Assembly: GCA_963812605.1 (NCBI GenBank)
Contig: CAWEWF010000008.1
Location: 185,107 to 249,106 of the forward strand
DNA: 64,000 nt
Source: an uncultured Verrucomicrobiae bacterium
Lineage (GTDB): Bacteria > Verrucomicrobiota > Verrucomicrobiia > Palsa-1439
Direction of reading: 5' to 3'
The translations under genes and the position numbers were made by a program. The notes beneath the pieces are model-generated. The model was given only the letters and a program-made list of their open reading frames with translations, was not told the origin of the DNA and did no database searches. This document shows positions 11,291 to 21,808 of this stretch, one piece after another. Position 1 is the first letter of the stretch, and each line of letters begins with the position of its first letter.

Positions 11291-11307
11291 AACCGGCCGC
11301 GGACCGA

Positions 11308-13341
11308 TCAGGCATTTGCCGGTGACGGACCAATACCGGGCGCGGGGAAAGGTTCGGGCTTTGTCTCTCCCTTGGCCTTCTCAGCCTGGGGCGCCGCCGG
11401 GACCGACGAGGAAAGTCCCGGAGGACGGGTCGGCGGATTCTGCAGCTTGCCGGTGTCGATGATTTCCGTGATCTCCGCCGCATCGAGTGTTTCGTACTCG
11501 AGCAAGGCTTCCGCCAACGCGATGAGCTTGTCCTTGTTGGTAACCAGAATCTCCTTGGCGCGGGAATAAGCCTCGTCAATGATCCGACGCACTTCTCCAT
11601 CGATGTCGCGCGCGGTTTGCTCGCTGACCTCGCGGCCCTTGAAAAGGTCGCGACCCAGGAACATGTGCTCTTCGTGTTCGCTGACGTTGACCATGCCGAT
11701 TTTCTCGCTCATGCCCCATTCCGTGACCATCTTGCGAGCAATGTGCGTCGCCTGTTTGATATCACCCGAGGCTCCGCTTGTAGAATCACCGAACGCCAGT
11801 TCCTCCGCAATGCGACCGCCCATGATCCCCGCGACTTCGTCGAGCAACTGCTTCTTGCTTTCGTGGTACTTGTCCTTGACCGGCAAGGAGAACGTGGCCC
11901 CCAGGTACATGCCGCGTGGAATGATGGTGACTTTGTGCAATGGCTCGGTGAAATCGAGTTTGAACATCACCAGGGCATGGCCCGCTTCGTGATAGGCAGT
12001 GACCTTCTTGTCCTTCTCGTCCATCACGCGGCTGCGGCGCTCGCGGCCCCAGCGCACCTTGTCGCGGGCCTCTTCGAGCTCTTCCATCCCGACGCCCTTC
12101 TTGTCGTTGCGGGCAGCCAGCAGCGCGGCCTCGTTGATCAGGTTGGCAAGGTCAGCACCGGAAAAACCGGGCGTCCCCCGGGCGATGACGGTGAAGTCAA
12201 CGTCCTTCGAGAGTTTCACGGCGCGGGCATGGACTTTCAAAATCTCTTCGCGACCCACGAGATCCGGCATATCGATGACGATCTGGCGGTCGAAACGGCC
12301 GGGGCGCAACAACGCCGAGTCCAGCACGTCGGGCCGGTTCGTGGCGGCAATGATAATGACGCCTTCCTGCGTGTCGAAACCGTCCATCTCGACGAGCAAC
12401 GCGTTGAGCGTCTGCTCGCGTTCATCGTGGCCGCCGCCGATGCCGCTGAAGCGCGAACGACCGACCGCGTCGATTTCGTCAATGAAAATGAGGCAGGGCG
12501 CGTTCTTCTTGCCCTGTTCGAACATGTCGCGCACGCGGCTCGCGCCGACGCCGACGAACATTTCCACGAAGTCCGAGCCGCTGATGCTGAAGAACGGCAC
12601 ATCGGCTTCGCCCGCGATGGCCTTTGCCAGCAGCGTCTTGCCCGTTCCCGGCGGGCCAACCATCAAGACGCCCTTCGGAATGCGACCACCGAGCCGCTGG
12701 AATTTCTTGGGGTCTTTGAGGAATTGAATGATCTCCTCGACCTCTTCCTTGGCTTCCGCCATACCGGCGACTTCCTTGAACGTGACTTTGTTCTTGTCGC
12801 GGTTGAGCATGCGGGCCCGCGATTTGCCGAAACTCATCGCCCCTTTGCCGGCCAGCTTGATCTGACGAATGAAAACAAAATAGATGACCGCAAAAATCAA
12901 AATCACCGGCAATAATCCCGAGGTGATCAACGCCATCCACCACTGGTTCGCCTCGGTGTACTCGAGCGAAATATTGTGCGCCTTGAAAAACTTGCGAATG
13001 TCGTCGCTGTATTTGACCTTGGCGGCAAAACCGACGCTCTTGGTTTCAACGCCGTTCTTGGCCGGCACTTCATAAACCCCTTTGATGGTGTCCAGGGAAC
13101 CTACGCCGGCAACGACTGTGGCCTTCTTGACCACGCCATCCTCAACCTTCTGTTCCAGTTGCCCGTAAGTGAGGTCCTCGACGCTGTCCTGCTGGGATTG
13201 GCGCAATTTCCAGAACAACGGCACCATGATCAGGACGACCACCCAAATGAGGATCACCCGCATCGGGAATCGCGGATCGCGACTGTCGCCCGGCCGCTTC
13301 AATCGGGGCAACCGTCCCTTTTTATTGTCGTTGTCTTCCAT
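11308..13341 (-). CDS. ftsH: ATP-dependent zinc metalloprotease FtsH
   Basis: Two TMs, [17 protein letters not shown] region [23 protein letters not shown]. Confidence 0.98.
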   Translation of the reverse strand: MEDNDNKKGRLPRLKRPGDSRDPRFPMRVILIWVVVLIMVPLFWKLRQSQQDSVEDLTYGQLEQKVEDGVVKKATVVAGVGSLDTIKGVYEVPAKNGVETKSVGFAAKVKYSDDIRKFFKAHNISLEYTEANQWWMALITSGLLPVILIFAVIYFVFIRQIKLAGKGAMSFGKSRARMLNRDKNKVTFKEVAGMAEAKEEVEEIIQFLKDPKKFQRLGGRIPKGVLMVGPPGTGKTLLAKAIAGEADVPFFSISGSDFVEMFVGVGASRVRDMFEQGKKNAPCLIFIDEIDAVGRSRFSGIGGGHDEREQTLNALLVEMDGFDTQEGVIIIAATNRPDVLDSALLRPGRFDRQIVIDMPDLVGREEILKVHARAVKLSKDVDFTVIARGTPGFSGADLANLINEAALLAARNDKKGVGMEELEEARDKVRWGRERRSRVMDEKDKKVTAYHEAGHALVMFKLDFTEPLHKVTIIPRGMYLGATFSLPVKDKYHESKKQLLDEVAGIMGGRIAEELAFGDSTSGASGDIKQATHIARKMVTEWGMSEKIGMVNVSEHEEHMFLGRDLFKGREVSEQTARDIDGEVRRIIDEAYSRAKEILVTNKDKLIALAEALLEYETLDAAEITEIIDTGKLQNPPTRPPGLSSSVPAAPQAEKAKGETKPEPFPAPGIGPSPANA

Positions 13342-13485
13342 TGTAATAAGTCCTGCCTAATCTACTTCACCGGGGGCCATTGTGCCACGGCAAAAAAACT
13401 TGCGGCAACCTAGCACACGCCCCCGGGCAATGCAACAGGATAGGTTTGCGCGAACGCAGCGTCCTGCTATGATGTGGGATCGCGC

Positions 13486-14370
13486 ATGGTTATTTTTCAT
13501 TCCCCCCGGTGCCTCGATTATGCGGCGGCCGGCCATCCCGAAAGCCCGCAGCGCGTCCGCTCCGCTGTCGCCCAACTCCAGAAGGGCTTTCACACCTGGA
13601 TGACCCCCACGCCCTGCGCCGACGAGGACATTCTGCGTGTCCATACCCGCGAACTGCTCAGAGCCGTGGCGCTGGGCGCATTTGAAGATGCGGACACACC
13701 CGCGTTCCCGGAGATCTTCGATCTGGCGAAGCTCTCGGCCGGTGCCGCCATCGGCGCCGCTGAGCAGCGCGCTCGCCGGCCAACCCGCCTTTTCGCTCAT
13801 GCGTCCACCTGGCCATCACGCGGAACGCAACCGCGTGATGGGCTTCTGCTATCTCAACAACATCGCGATTGCCGTCGCGCACGCGCTTGGTTCCCCTTCT
13901 CCCGTCCAGCGTGTCGCGATTCTGGATTTCGACTGTCATCATGGAAATGGCACAGAAGATATTTTCCGGGGCGACGAAAGAGTGTTGTTTGTCTCGCTGC
14001 ACCAATCCCCATGCTATCCGGGCACGGGCCTCACGACGCAGGACAATTGCCTCAACTATCCACTGCCGCCGGGCACCCGGCCCGGGCAATTTTTGGCGGC
14101 TTTGGACGACGGCCTCGAGCCGCATCCGTGATTTCCAGCCGGGCTTGCTCGCGGTCTCGGCGGGATTCGATGCCTACAAGGGTGATCCGATCACCAACAT
14201 GGATTTGGAGATCGAAACCTTTTATGAAATTGGTCGCCGCGTCGCGGATGTTACGGAACGCGCACCGAGTGCGCCGGCGGTGCCCTGTTTTGCTGTACTC
14301 GAAGGCGGATACTCCCGCGAATTCGCGCGAGTGCGTAGAGGCCTTCGTAAACGGCTGGGAGCAACGCTGA
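13486..14370 (+). CDS. Histone deacetylase/acetylpolyamine amidohydrolase family (several frameshifts)
   Basis: HPESPQR, RPPGHHA, GFCYLNN, DFDCHHGNGT, SAGFDAY, LEGGY spread over three frames. Confidence 0.88.
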   Translation: MVIFHSPRCLDYAAAGHPESPQRVRSAVAQLQKGFHTWMTPTPCADEDILRVHTRELLRAVALGAFEDADTPAFPEIFDLAKLSAGAAIGAAEQRARRPTRLFAHASTWPSRGTQPRDGLLLSQQHRDCRRARAWFPFSRPACRDSGFRLSSWKWHRRYFPGRRKSVVCLAAPIPMLSGHGPHDAGQLPQLSTAAGHPARAIFGGFGRRPRAASVISSRACSRSRRDSMPTRVIRSPTWIWRSKPFMKLVAASRMLRNAHRVRRRCPVLLYSKADTPANSRECVEAFVNGWEQR

Positions 14371-14435
14371 GATTCCGTCTCGACGCCGTCGAATCCGCTG
14401 TGCGAAAATACCGTTGCCCTGCGATCAAGTTGACA

Positions 14436-15977
14436 ATGTCCGCGCCAACCGAAAATACTTCAACCACGCCATCGCGATCCGACAAGGGTCTGTGGCTGGC
14501 CGTCGTCTGCATGGTGGCCGCGCTGACCCTGTTGCGTTTCTCACTCTGCGGCGCCATCGAACTGCTGCCCGAAGAAACGTACTACTGGACCTATGCGCAA
14601 CATCCGGCCTTCGGCTATTTCGACCATCCGCCGATGGTGGCCTGGATCATCACTCTCGGGACAACTTTGTTCGGTGACACGGCACTGGGCGTGCGCATCG
14701 TGACATTTGTACTTTGGATGGTCTCGGCTGGTCTGCTGTTTCTGACAGGGAGAATGTGGTTTGGACGGCGAACGGCCCTGATGGCCGCCTTGTTTTTCAC
14801 TCTGCTGCCCATTTACGTCGGGATGGGGCTGATCGTGACACCGGACGCGCCGCTTGTGTTTTTCTGGGTGGCGACATTATACATGATCTCGAAGGCGCTG
14901 CACACTGGTCGGGGCGTCTACTGGTTGCTCGCAGGCGTGACGTTCGGCGGCGCATTGCTCTCCAAGTACTACGCGCTTCTGCTCGCGCCGTCGCTGCTGG
15001 GGTTCCTGTTGCTGTCGCCAAACCATCGTCGCTGGCTCCGCCGTCCGCAACCGTGGCTGGCGTTACCCATCGCGCTCGCGGTTTTTAGTCCTGTGATTAT
15101 TTGGAACGCGCACCATCAATGGGCGTCATTTCTCTTTCAGTCCACCCGCACGGCCGGACCGCCGAAAAACACCTTGCGCAATGTGTCCTCCTTCTGGCTT
15201 GTGCAACTTGCCATGCTGACCCCGCCTTTCTTCGTCCTGTTCGCCGCCGCGGCAGCACGGGGAATCCGCCGCGGCTGGTTACAACAGGACGACCGTTGGA
15301 ACTTCGTCGCCTCGTTTTCGTTGCCGCTGTTTTTCCTGTTCGCCGCCGCCAGTTTCAAAACGGAGATCCATGTGAACTGGACCGCCCCCGCGTTCTTGTC
15401 GTTGGCGCTTGGCGGGGCGGTGATTCTGCTGGAAGGCCTCGACAGCGCGGAGCCGGCGCGCGCCAGACGTTGGCGCGCGGGCGCGTGGGCGACGATCGCT
15501 TTATGCGGGTTGGCGATTGTGTTTGGGCACACGAGTCTCGCGTGGGGATTCCCGAGGTTCCTGGTGTACACCCACGCCGGCGGCTGGCGGGCGACGGCGC
15601 AGCAGGTGGATGCCATGCGCACCCGGATTCGAAATGAAACCGGCCAGGAGCCCTTTGTGCTGGGAATGGAAAAATACAGCGCCGCCGAAGTGGGCTTCTA
15701 CCTTCACCAGCCCTATGAGTGTGTCAACACCTATGCGCTCGGCGCGCAGGGATTGGGTTATCGTTATTGGACGGACCTGAACAAGCTCGAGGGTCGATCC
15801 GCCGTGGCTGTGCTGCTCAAACCCTCCGAGAATTCGCTGGATCAACTTCGCCTGCATTTTGACCATGTTGGCGAACCAGAGCATTTCCAAGCGCCCGGCA
15901 CGCGCCACCGCGAGTTGTATCTCGTCGACTGCACCGGCTACCACGCCAAAGAACAACCGCTTTCCGGTCCGCGTTGA
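14436..15977 (+). CDS. GT-C family (ArnT/PMT-like) membrane glycosyltransferase
   Basis: 'EETYYW...GYFDHPPMVAW', 'TPDAP', 'SKY', many TMs. Confidence 0.88.
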   Translation: MSAPTENTSTTPSRSDKGLWLAVVCMVAALTLLRFSLCGAIELLPEETYYWTYAQHPAFGYFDHPPMVAWIITLGTTLFGDTALGVRIVTFVLWMVSAGLLFLTGRMWFGRRTALMAALFFTLLPIYVGMGLIVTPDAPLVFFWVATLYMISKALHTGRGVYWLLAGVTFGGALLSKYYALLLAPSLLGFLLLSPNHRRWLRRPQPWLALPIALAVFSPVIIWNAHHQWASFLFQSTRTAGPPKNTLRNVSSFWLVQLAMLTPPFFVLFAAAAARGIRRGWLQQDDRWNFVASFSLPLFFLFAAASFKTEIHVNWTAPAFLSLALGGAVILLEGLDSAEPARARRWRAGAWATIALCGLAIVFGHTSLAWGFPRFLVYTHAGGWRATAQQVDAMRTRIRNETGQEPFVLGMEKYSAAEVGFYLHQPYECVNTYALGAQGLGYRYWTDLNKLEGRSAVAVLLKPSENSLDQLRLHFDHVGEPEHFQAPGTRHRELYLVDCTGYHAKEQPLSGPR

Positions 15978-16081
15978 GTCGGACAGGAACGCCTGATGAA
16001 TGGCGCCATTGGGCCAAAATCACCTTTTGTTTCCAAGCGTTTCGTTGTATCGTTTTGCGGTGAAACTACAGGAGCTGCATC

Positions 16082-16627
16082 ATGGGTGAACAGTCCGAGG
16101 GGATTTCTGTCGGGGGCGTGTGCAATCGGGTCCATGCCCGTGTGGTAGGCCGCGGGACATTCCAGAACAGCCAGCCGCTGCGCCAATTCGCGATGGAGAA
16201 GATCGATCAAGGACGGGAAGAATTCGTTATCGATCTCGGTCTTTGCCAGGCCATGGATAGCACCTTTCTCGGTATGTTGGTGGGGATTGGACTGCGGCTG
16301 CGGCAACGCGGTCCAACAGCTTCCATCCGCATCGTCAACATGAGCGCTCGCAACCTGAACGTGCTTCAGACGCTGGGATTGGATGGCCTGTTCCTCATCA
16401 ATGGCGACGCGCCCGCGCCCCTGGCGAATGCTGACTATTATCCGTTGCCAGGCACCGACCTCGCCCAACTCAAGCATCCATTGGACAGGGCCGAAACCGC
16501 CGATCTGATGATCGAGTCGCACGATAATCTCGTTCGCGTCAACCCGCGCAACACACCGCGGTTCAAAGAGCTGGTCCGGTTTTTGCGCGAAGCGAACCGG
16601 TCATCAACTCCACCAGCAGCGTCATAA
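16082..16627 (+). CDS. STAS-domain protein (anti-sigma antagonist-like)
   Basis: 'GRGTFQNS', 'IDLGLCQAMDSTFLGML', 'LQTLGLD'. Confidence 0.85.
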   Translation: MGEQSEGISVGGVCNRVHARVVGRGTFQNSQPLRQFAMEKIDQGREEFVIDLGLCQAMDSTFLGMLVGIGLRLRQRGPTASIRIVNMSARNLNVLQTLGLDGLFLINGDAPAPLANADYYPLPGTDLAQLKHPLDRAETADLMIESHDNLVRVNPRNTPRFKELVRFLREANRSSTPPAAS

Positions 16628-16652
16628 TGACAATCTGGAGGACACGACATTC

Positions 16653-17003
16653 ATGAAAGATTTTCGAATCGATCAAGAGTCCCGCGGTGCGGTGCAGATC
16701 ATCCGCCTGGCTGGCTCGCTGGACATGTATTCATTCCCTCGGCTGGAGTCCCAGTTCAACGCCCTCTTTCAGCAAGGCCGCTATTCCCTGGTACTGGATT
16801 GTCAGGAACTGGATTATATCGGCAGCGCGGGACTCGGCGCGCTGATCGGCTTTGCCAAACAAGCACGCGAGCATAAAGGCGATCTTCACTTGCTTAATGT
16901 GCCCGAACGCATCTACAAGATCATCGAGTTGCTCGGTTTTACGAAGGTTCTCAAGGTCCATCAAACCGAGGAAGACGCTCTCGCCGGTTTTCAAGCGAAG
17001 TAG
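16653..17003 (+). CDS. STAS anti-anti-sigma factor (RsbV/SpoIIAA-like)
   Basis: 'LDYIGSAGLGAL', 'IIELLGF'; GGAGG RBS. Confidence 0.9.
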   Translation: MKDFRIDQESRGAVQIIRLAGSLDMYSFPRLESQFNALFQQGRYSLVLDCQELDYIGSAGLGALIGFAKQAREHKGDLHLLNVPERIYKIIELLGFTKVLKVHQTEEDALAGFQAK

Positions 17004-17027
17004 ATCGAAACCCCTTTTGCAGGCCGC

Positions 17028-17507
17028 ATGGAATTACCCGAAAATATTCACCGCAAGGAATTCGCGGAGAAGCTCCTGATCCAGACGCCGGGCCACGGTA
17101 GTTATCTGGCCTATATCCGCATGCTGGTCGGCGATCTGGCCCGCAAGGTTGGATTTGACGAGGGAGAAGCCGCCAAAATCGAAATGGCCGTTGACGAAGC
17201 CTGCTCCAACGTCGTCCGCCACGCCTATTCGCCGGACAAGGCATGGTGCTGGCAGCATCGCGATCCCGAGATCCGCCTCGATATCCGCGTTGAGGGCAGC
17301 CACCTGGTCATCGAGATCAACGATCACGGCCAGCGTTTCGACTTCGCCAACTACCGTCCCGCCAAGATGGGGGATCACCTGCGGGAAATGAAGCCCGGTG
17401 GCTATGGCATCCCGATCATGCGCAGTTTCATGGACGAAGTGCAGTACAGTTCCAACGACCAGACTGGCAATACCCTGAGAATGGTCAAATACTTGAAAAA
17501 ACCCTAG
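17028..17507 (+). CDS. Anti-sigma factor Ser/Thr kinase (RsbW-like)
   Basis: 'MAVDEACSNVVRHAY', 'DHGQRFD', 'GGYGIPIMRSFMDEV'. Confidence 0.9.
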   Translation: MELPENIHRKEFAEKLLIQTPGHGSYLAYIRMLVGDLARKVGFDEGEAAKIEMAVDEACSNVVRHAYSPDKAWCWQHRDPEIRLDIRVEGSHLVIEINDHGQRFDFANYRPAKMGDHLREMKPGGYGIPIMRSFMDEVQYSSNDQTGNTLRMVKYLKKP

Positions 17508-17538
17508 CTCTCCCCCATTGTAATTGCAGAGGTTTCTT

Positions 17539-18169
17539 ATGAGTAAGAAAGACAAGCACGTAAAATCTGCGCCGCCGACTGCCACGGACGAAAGTACGGA
17601 CGCGATCAGAGGACGAGACCACCGCCGAGGTCCAGCCGGATTCCATTTCCGTCGAGGAATTGGCGGACTTGAAGGCCAGGGCGGCGAAGGCTGACGAGAA
17701 TTGGGACAAATATCTGCGCGCCGTCGCCGATCTCGACAATTACCGCAAGCGGGTGGCCCGCGAGAAGGAGGAGCTTGCTCGCTTCACCACCGAGCGCGTC
17801 GTCACCGCCCTGTTGCCCACGCTCGACAATCTCGAACGCGCCATTGATGCCGCCCAAACGCACGGCGCCGAGAATTCCTCGCTCCTCCAGGGCCTCACCC
17901 AGGTCCATGGTCAATTTCGCCGGACGCTCATGGAATTCGGCCTCCAGGAAATCATCGCCGACAAGGGCCAGCCTTTCGACCCGAATCTCCACGAAGCTGT
18001 CAGCCAGGTCGAATCCCCCGAACACGCGGAAGGCCACGTCGTGGAGCAGTTCCAACGCGGCTACAAACTCGCCGATCGCCTGTTGCGTCCCGCGCGCGTC
18101 GTCGTCAGCAAAGGCTTGTCGCAGGAAGACTCTGGTGGCGCGGGCGTCCCTGCCCGCGATCCGAAATGA
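17539..18169 (+). CDS. grpE: Nucleotide exchange factor GrpE (probable frameshift near N-terminus)
   Basis: '[13 protein letters not shown]', 'FDPNLHEAV', '[16 protein letters not shown]'. The ATG at 17539 is out of frame with the body. Confidence 0.92.
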
Positions 18170-19332
18170 CCAAGCGCGATTACTACGAGGTGTTGGTGGT
18201 CACGCGGGAGGCTTCGGACGAGGAAATCAAGAAATCCTATCGCAAGCTCGCGCTGAAGTACCATCCCGACAAGAACCCGGGCAACAAGGAAGCCGAGGAA
18301 AAATTCAAGGAACTGGGGGAAGCGTACGAGGTGCTGAGCGATTCGCAGAAACGCGCCGCGTATGACCGCTTCGGTCATGCCGCCTTCGGGCCGGGCTCCG
18401 GCGCGGGGGCCAGTCGTCCCGGCGGTGGCTTCCATGATCCCTTCGAGATTTTTCGCGATGTCTTCGGAGGCGGAGCGGGCGGTGGCGGCATCTTTGATGA
18501 TTTTATCGAGCAGGCGTTCGGCGGCGGCGGCCGCTCGTCACGCGGGGGCGGACAGCGCGGCAACGATTTGCGGTATGATTTGGAGATCGAACTTGAGGAT
18601 ACTGTCGCCGGGCTGGAAAAGGAAATCAGCTTTACCAAGCTCGACACGTGCACAGAATGCCGCGGTCGCGGCGCGGCGGAAGGCTCGAAGGCCGAGACTT
18701 GCCCGACGTGTCGCGGCCAGGGTCAGGTGGCCCATTCGCGTGGTTTTTTCACCGTCGCGTCCACCTGCCCGCGCTGCAACGGCGCCGGCCAGATTGTGAA
18801 GAACCCGTGCAAGCGCTGCGGTGGTGAAGGGCGGATGCAGAATCACACGAAACTGAAGGTCCGCATCCCCGCCGGCATCGAAGATGGCTCGCGCCTGCGC
18901 AGCTCGGGCCACGGCGAGGCCGGGGTGCGCGGCGGCCAGTCCGGCGACTTGTACGTCGTCGTCCATATTCGGCCGCACGACATTTTTTCACGTCATGGTG
19001 ACGACCTGCTTTGTGAAGTCCCGATCAGTTTCCCCATGGCGGCCCTGGGCGGCGAGATCGAAGTGCCAACGCTCAATGGCGCCGCCCGCCTGAAAATTCC
19101 GCCCGGCACGCAGGGCGCCACACTCTTCCGCCTCCGCGGCAAGGGCCTGCCCAACGTGCACGGTCGCGGTCACGGCGACCAGCACATCCGCGTTCTCGTC
19201 GAAGTACCATCCCGGCTCTCCCGCAGCCAGCGCGAGAAACTCGACGAGTTCGCCGCCATCGCGAGCGAAGACTCCTACCCGCAACTCAAGACCTTCCTCG
19301 AAAAGGCCAAGCGCTTCTTCGTCGGGAAGTGA
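18166..19332 (+). CDS. dnaJ: Chaperone DnaJ
   Basis: J domain with HPD, G/F region, four CxxCxGxG repeats. Confidence 0.98.
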   Translation: MTKRDYYEVLVVTREASDEEIKKSYRKLALKYHPDKNPGNKEAEEKFKELGEAYEVLSDSQKRAAYDRFGHAAFGPGSGAGASRPGGGFHDPFEIFRDVFGGGAGGGGIFDDFIEQAFGGGGRSSRGGGQRGNDLRYDLEIELEDTVAGLEKEISFTKLDTCTECRGRGAAEGSKAETCPTCRGQGQVAHSRGFFTVASTCPRCNGAGQIVKNPCKRCGGEGRMQNHTKLKVRIPAGIEDGSRLRSSGHGEAGVRGGQSGDLYVVVHIRPHDIFSRHGDDLLCEVPISFPMAALGGEIEVPTLNGAARLKIPPGTQGATLFRLRGKGLPNVHGRGHGDQHIRVLVEVPSRLSRSQREKLDEFAAIASEDSYPQLKTFLEKAKRFFVGK

Positions 19333-19357
19333 CACCGTAGAAAAATGCCGCCCAGCC

Positions 19358-20071
19358 ATGCACCGGTTTTTTCTACCCAACCTCCAGCAAGCGATGCTTG
19401 ACGCGGAGGAGGCGCATCATGCGTTGCATGTGTTGCGGCTCAAGGCGGGTGACACGGTCAATGTGTTCGATGGGCGCGGACACGAGGCGCAGGCGCTCAT
19501 CTCGCAAATCTCCAATCAATCCGCGCAACTGAAGCTCCTCACGCCGTCCGGCACCGCGCCGCTGCCCTGCCGCATCACGCTGGCGCAGGCAATCCCGAAG
19601 AAGAGCATGGACTTGATCGTGCAGAAAGCGACAGAGTTGGGCGTGGCGACGATCGTGCCATTGGTGTCGGAACGGTCCGTCGTGAAACTCGACGACGATT
19701 CCAAGAAAACAGAACGCTGGCGGGAAATCGCGCTCGAATCCTGCAAGCAATGCGGGAACAACTGGCTCCCGGAAATTCAATCGCCGCGCAAGGTACACGA
19801 TTTTCTCGCAGCGCTGCCGCAATACGATCTCAAACTTATCGGCTCGCTCCAACCCGACGCCAAGCCATTGAAGAAAATCCTCGGTGGCTCTGGCAAGCCG
19901 CCGTCCGTCCTGATTCTCATTGGTCCCGAAGGCGACTTCACGCCGGCTGAGATCAGCCTGGCAAAATCCGCCGGTTGCCTGCCACTTTCCCTGGGCCCGC
20001 TCGTGCTCCGCGCCGAGACCGCAGCGATTTACACCCTCAGCATCCTGCATCACGAGTTGCAGAACCACTAA
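19358..20071 (+). CDS. rsmE: 16S rRNA m3U1498 methyltransferase
   Basis: HVLRL, QKATELGV, IGPEGDF, SLGPLVLRAETA. Confidence 0.95.
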   Translation: MHRFFLPNLQQAMLDAEEAHHALHVLRLKAGDTVNVFDGRGHEAQALISQISNQSAQLKLLTPSGTAPLPCRITLAQAIPKKSMDLIVQKATELGVATIVPLVSERSVVKLDDDSKKTERWREIALESCKQCGNNWLPEIQSPRKVHDFLAALPQYDLKLIGSLQPDAKPLKKILGGSGKPPSVLILIGPEGDFTPAEISLAKSAGCLPLSLGPLVLRAETAAIYTLSILHHELQNH

Positions 20072-21218
20072 CCGCCGCCACGGCGACGGACAACAGGAAT
20101 TTCTCCAGTGTCTGCGCAGCGTGAAGAACTTCCTTCCACTCGACGTATTCATTGGCGGTGTGCGCCTGGGCGATGCTGCCCGGACCGAAAGCGACGGCGG
20201 GAACGCCATATTGCGCCAAAATCCCCGCATCACAGAACCAGGGCGCGCCAACGAGTGCGCTCTTTGGATTCCCCGTCGCGTGGGCCAGTTTCTGCACAAA
20301 CGGGTTTTGCGGGTCGGTCCGCAGCGGCGGGCAGTCGCTGAGGATTTCCGTCGTGATGGGAACCTGACGGAACCTCTGGCGCAGCGTCTCCAGAATGTCT
20401 TCATGAACCTCGCCCGGTACCGTGCGGCGATCGATCTCGATCTCGCAGTAGTCCGGCACGATGTTGTTTTGCGTGCCGCCACGGATGGTGCCTACATTCA
20501 CCGTCGGCGCCCCCAGGACCGGATCGGCGGACTTTGCGAGAGAGCGTGTGTAATCGCCGAGGAGATACTGCACCACCTCCGCCATTTTCCCGATCGCGTT
20601 GACGCCTTTTTCCGGCAGGGAACCGTGGACGCTTCGGCCGTGTGTGACAACCTTGCACCAAAGCGCGCCCTTATGGGTGTAGACGACGCGGCCCTCCGTC
20701 GGCTCGCCTGCCACCGCAAAATCCGCCCGAAACCCCGATTCGGCCAGCGCCTTGACGCCATGATTGCCGCTTTCTTCACCCATCAAGGCGCAAAAATACA
20801 CATCGAGGTCGCCCTCGCGAAATTCCTTTCGTCGCACCACGTTGGCGAGGGCGGCGAGCATCGCCGTCAGCGAGCCTTTCGCGTCGGACGCGCCGCGACC
20901 GAAGAGTTTCCCGTCGCGAATCTCGGCGGCAAACGGGTCAATCGTCATCCCCGCCACGCTGACGGTGTCGGTGTGCGGCGCGAAGGCGAGGGAACGTTTC
21001 GCGCCGCGCGAGGCGAATTTCCCAATGACATTCGGGCGGCCCGGTTCGACTTCCCGCAATTCCACATCGAGCGCAAGCTTGCGGAGGACCTCAGCGATGT
21101 AGTCGGCGATATGGGCTTCGCCGGTGTTTTTTGGCGCGGTGCCGGGATCGCCATGAGGGTTCACGCTCGGAATCCGCACGAGATCCTGCAGGAGTTGTTG
21201 GATCTGCTCGTCGTTCAC
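20037..21218 (-). CDS. M20 metallopeptidase (ArgE/DapE-like)
   Basis: HTDTV, GRGASDAKG, GEE, GEPT, HGS, AHTANE; GTG start overlaps the upstream stop. Confidence 0.9.
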   Translation of the reverse strand: MNDEQIQQLLQDLVRIPSVNPHGDPGTAPKNTGEAHIADYIAEVLRKLALDVELREVEPGRPNVIGKFASRGAKRSLAFAPHTDTVSVAGMTIDPFAAEIRDGKLFGRGASDAKGSLTAMLAALANVVRRKEFREGDLDVYFCALMGEESGNHGVKALAESGFRADFAVAGEPTEGRVVYTHKGALWCKVVTHGRSVHGSLPEKGVNAIGKMAEVVQYLLGDYTRSLAKSADPVLGAPTVNVGTIRGGTQNNIVPDYCEIEIDRRTVPGEVHEDILETLRQRFRQVPITTEILSDCPPLRTDPQNPFVQKLAHATGNPKSALVGAPWFCDAGILAQYGVPAVAFGPGSIAQAHTANEYVEWKEVLHAAQTLEKFLLSVAVAAVSGSATRDAGC

Positions 21219-21808
21219 GATTTGCGCCGGGGCGGTTCCACGAGTACCCATTGCATATTGGCGGCCCGGGCCGCGGCGATGCCGGCGCTCGTGTCCTCGA
21301 AGACGAGGCAGTTTTGCGGAACGACACCGAGTTGGCGCGCGGCCTCGAGAAACGGGTCGGGCGCCGGTTTGCCGTGGCGATAATCTTCCACGGTGACGAT
21401 GGTTTGAAATTTGCGCAGGATTCCCAACGCCTCAAGGGTCCGGGTCACAATGTCCCGCGTGCCTCCCGACGCAACGGCCAGCGGTTTCATCCCGTGGAAT
21501 TGATGCACCAATTCGACCACCGGCTCGATCGGGAGCGTCTGCGGGATCATCTGGATGAAGAGTTCATCCTTATAGGTCGCGGTTTCCCGCACGGGCATCG
21601 AACAGCCGTGGCGTTCGTTGAGAATCTCGACAATCCGATCAGTGGGCACTCCGCCAAGTTCGTAGAACAGCGCTTCCGGGAAAGCGCAGTCGTACTCTTT
21701 CAGGGCCGCGAGCCAGGCCTGGTAATGCAGCGGCATCGTGTCGGCCAGGGTGCCGTCACAGTCAAAGATGTACGCCTCGAAATCGCCCGCGGGTAATTTG
21801 ATCTTCAT
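21215..21808 (-). CDS. HAD-family phosphatase (YqaB/beta-PGM-like)
   Basis: FDCDGTLAD, GKPAPD, VFED. Confidence 0.9.
   Translation of the reverse strand: MKIKLPAGDFEAYIFDCDGTLADTMPLHYQAWLAALKEYDCAFPEALFYELGGVPTDRIVEILNERHGCSMPVRETATYKDELFIQMIPQTLPIEPVVELVHQFHGMKPLAVASGGTRDIVTRTLEALGILRKFQTIVTVEDYRHGKPAPDPFLEAARQLGVVPQNCLVFEDTSAGIAAARAANMQWVLVEPPRRKS

Noticed and set aside
13869-15977. Apparent deacetylase-glycosyltransferase fusion (702 aa)
   Set aside because: It results from frameshifts in the deacetylase; the glycosyltransferase has its own start at 14436.
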